From the NCBI GenBank assembly GCA_016748015.1, contig JAAOMT010000226.1:1-64000 (forward strand): a stretch of 64,000 nt of DNA. Direction: 5' to 3'. A model generated the notes under the pieces. The model searched no databases. It was not told the origin of the DNA and was given only the letters and a program-made list of their open reading frames with translations. This document shows, piece after piece, positions 62,667-64,000 of this stretch. A program made the position numbers and the translations under genes. The DNA is from Geosiphon pyriformis uo1 (Eukaryota; Fungi; Glomeromycota). Numbering within the stretch: position 1 is the stretch's first letter; the number at the start of each line of letters is the position of its first letter.

Positions 62667-64000
62667 TGTTATAGTTAAAATTCATACTTTTTATTAGTTA
62701 TCATATATATTAGCCACTGATATTATATAATTAGCCACATTATTTTTAGATAGTAATCATTGACTTGATTATTGACTACTTTCAATAGCTATATAAGTAA
62801 TAAGTTTTTTAGCTGTAAAAAAACATGATCAAAGTAACAAAATAAAACCCATTATTAATTACTTTTTTTTATATTACTTATTTTTTTTTTTCTATCTTTT
62901 AGTATCTGAATATTTTGGGATAAAAAATTATTTGTTGGCATTTACATATCTTATCTTTTCCTTTTCTTGATTTGTATTATTAAAATTAATCTGAAAAGTG
63001 ATTGCTTGCTTTTATAATTTATTGAATAAAAAAACAATTGAAAAACACAATAATACTTGTTATTAATTCTAAGAATCACCAAGCTGAGACATAAAATAAT
63101 AGCAGTAGTATTATCTTGTTGACAATTATGGACTATTCTTCTATCTTCAAATTTTCAGAAAAAATTTGCAATTGTAATTTTTATAAGACTAATTACACAC
63201 ATTGAATTCTTACTTATTTAATTTACTTCTTTATTGTAATTTTCTCTTTAATTATTTCTATTACCTTACAATTCTGTTTTTCTTTGCTATCTATTAGTTT
63301 GTTATTCCAACTTATAACATAAAAATAGTGCTTTTTATAAGATTGTCAAAATTTATTTTGTTTCCTATTATATGGGTGATTATTTATATCTGTCACAACA
63401 ATCAGAAAAACACTTTGAAGCACACAACAAAAATAATCTAGACTTTATTGAACTTAATCTTTTGTCCTCTTGCTTGATTTGCTTTCCCATTAAAAAACGA
63501 TTTAGTAGACAATTTCAAGACTTTTGGAACTGGTTTTTGAATGAGTATTTAGCTGAAACCTATATAGTTTATACAATTTATTACTTTGATCAAGCTTATT
63601 TTGAAGACAATTTTGAAGAAAAAAATAACAGCATCAATCAGCTTTTATACTTTACAACTTTTAAACAACAGCTTTTTAATTCTAAATATCTGAATTACAA
63701 AGTTTACATTTGAATTGCTGTCTATTAGTTAGCTGAAACTCCCTTTAAAACAGAAAAAAAAAGCTATTAAGCCATTTTTGTTTTTGATTTCTTCTCAAGT
63801 AAATCAAAACATTTCATATAAACAACTACTTCTAAACCAATAGCTAATAATTCTATACAACAAAATATTCTGGCTGCCCTTCAAGACATACAAACTGCTT
63901 TAAGATAAAAAAACAATATCCCATTACCTTTATTTAGAGATAATACACAAGACCTAATTGAATGGTTAAATAATTTTAAAAGAGCAGCCATTATTAATTA
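62667..64000 (+). mobile_element. 5' part of a further degenerate Gypsy-like element (putative LTR ~62667-63124, gag from 63372), running off the window
   Basis: TGT start where ghost-LINE homology stops, TATATAAG at ~62791, ...GTTGACA at 63124. Capsid-like LPLFRDNTQDLIEWLNNFKRAAIIN at the window end resembles Gypsy B NFTGEEDDTQIWLNDVEKAITAN. LTR limits are uncertain. Confidence 0.65.

Overview
AT-rich eukaryotic DNA with spliceosomal introns, most consistent with an early-diverging fungus (Mucoromycota/Glomeromycota-like; inferred from gene and TE style, not proven). Positions 1 to ~9.95 kb are host sequence that still contains CpG. They hold a 2-TM membrane-protein pseudogene, a secreted class-3 lipase whose nucleophile motif reads GHGSG, a decayed kinase relic and a small secreted protein. 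From ~9.96 kb to the end the window is almost entirely a nested transposon stack. It contains three readable RNase H-bearing LINEs, two related Ty3/Gypsy elements, two solo LTRs of another family, a Tc1 (DD34E) transposon and the start of a further Gypsy. The apparently empty AT 'deserts' (9.98-10.67, 18.1-22.26, 41.45-41.54, 59.05-62.67 kb) can be read codon by codon as older LINE/Gypsy copies whose G/C have largely become A/T. One of these ghost LINEs is the base layer into which most of 22-64 kb inserted. Main candidates for novelty: (i) repeat-restricted C>T/G>A hypermutation that extends well beyond CpG (RIP-like); (ii) a Gypsy lineage with one Gag-PR-Cys-rich-dUTPase-RT-RH frame, a probable GUG start, an elongator-tRNA-Met PBS and a separate out-of-frame integrase ORF with a long unknown C-terminal domain; (iii) a conserved, apparently structured LINE 3' UTR. 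All calls come from manual reading; no searches were run, and ghost-element boundaries are approximate.
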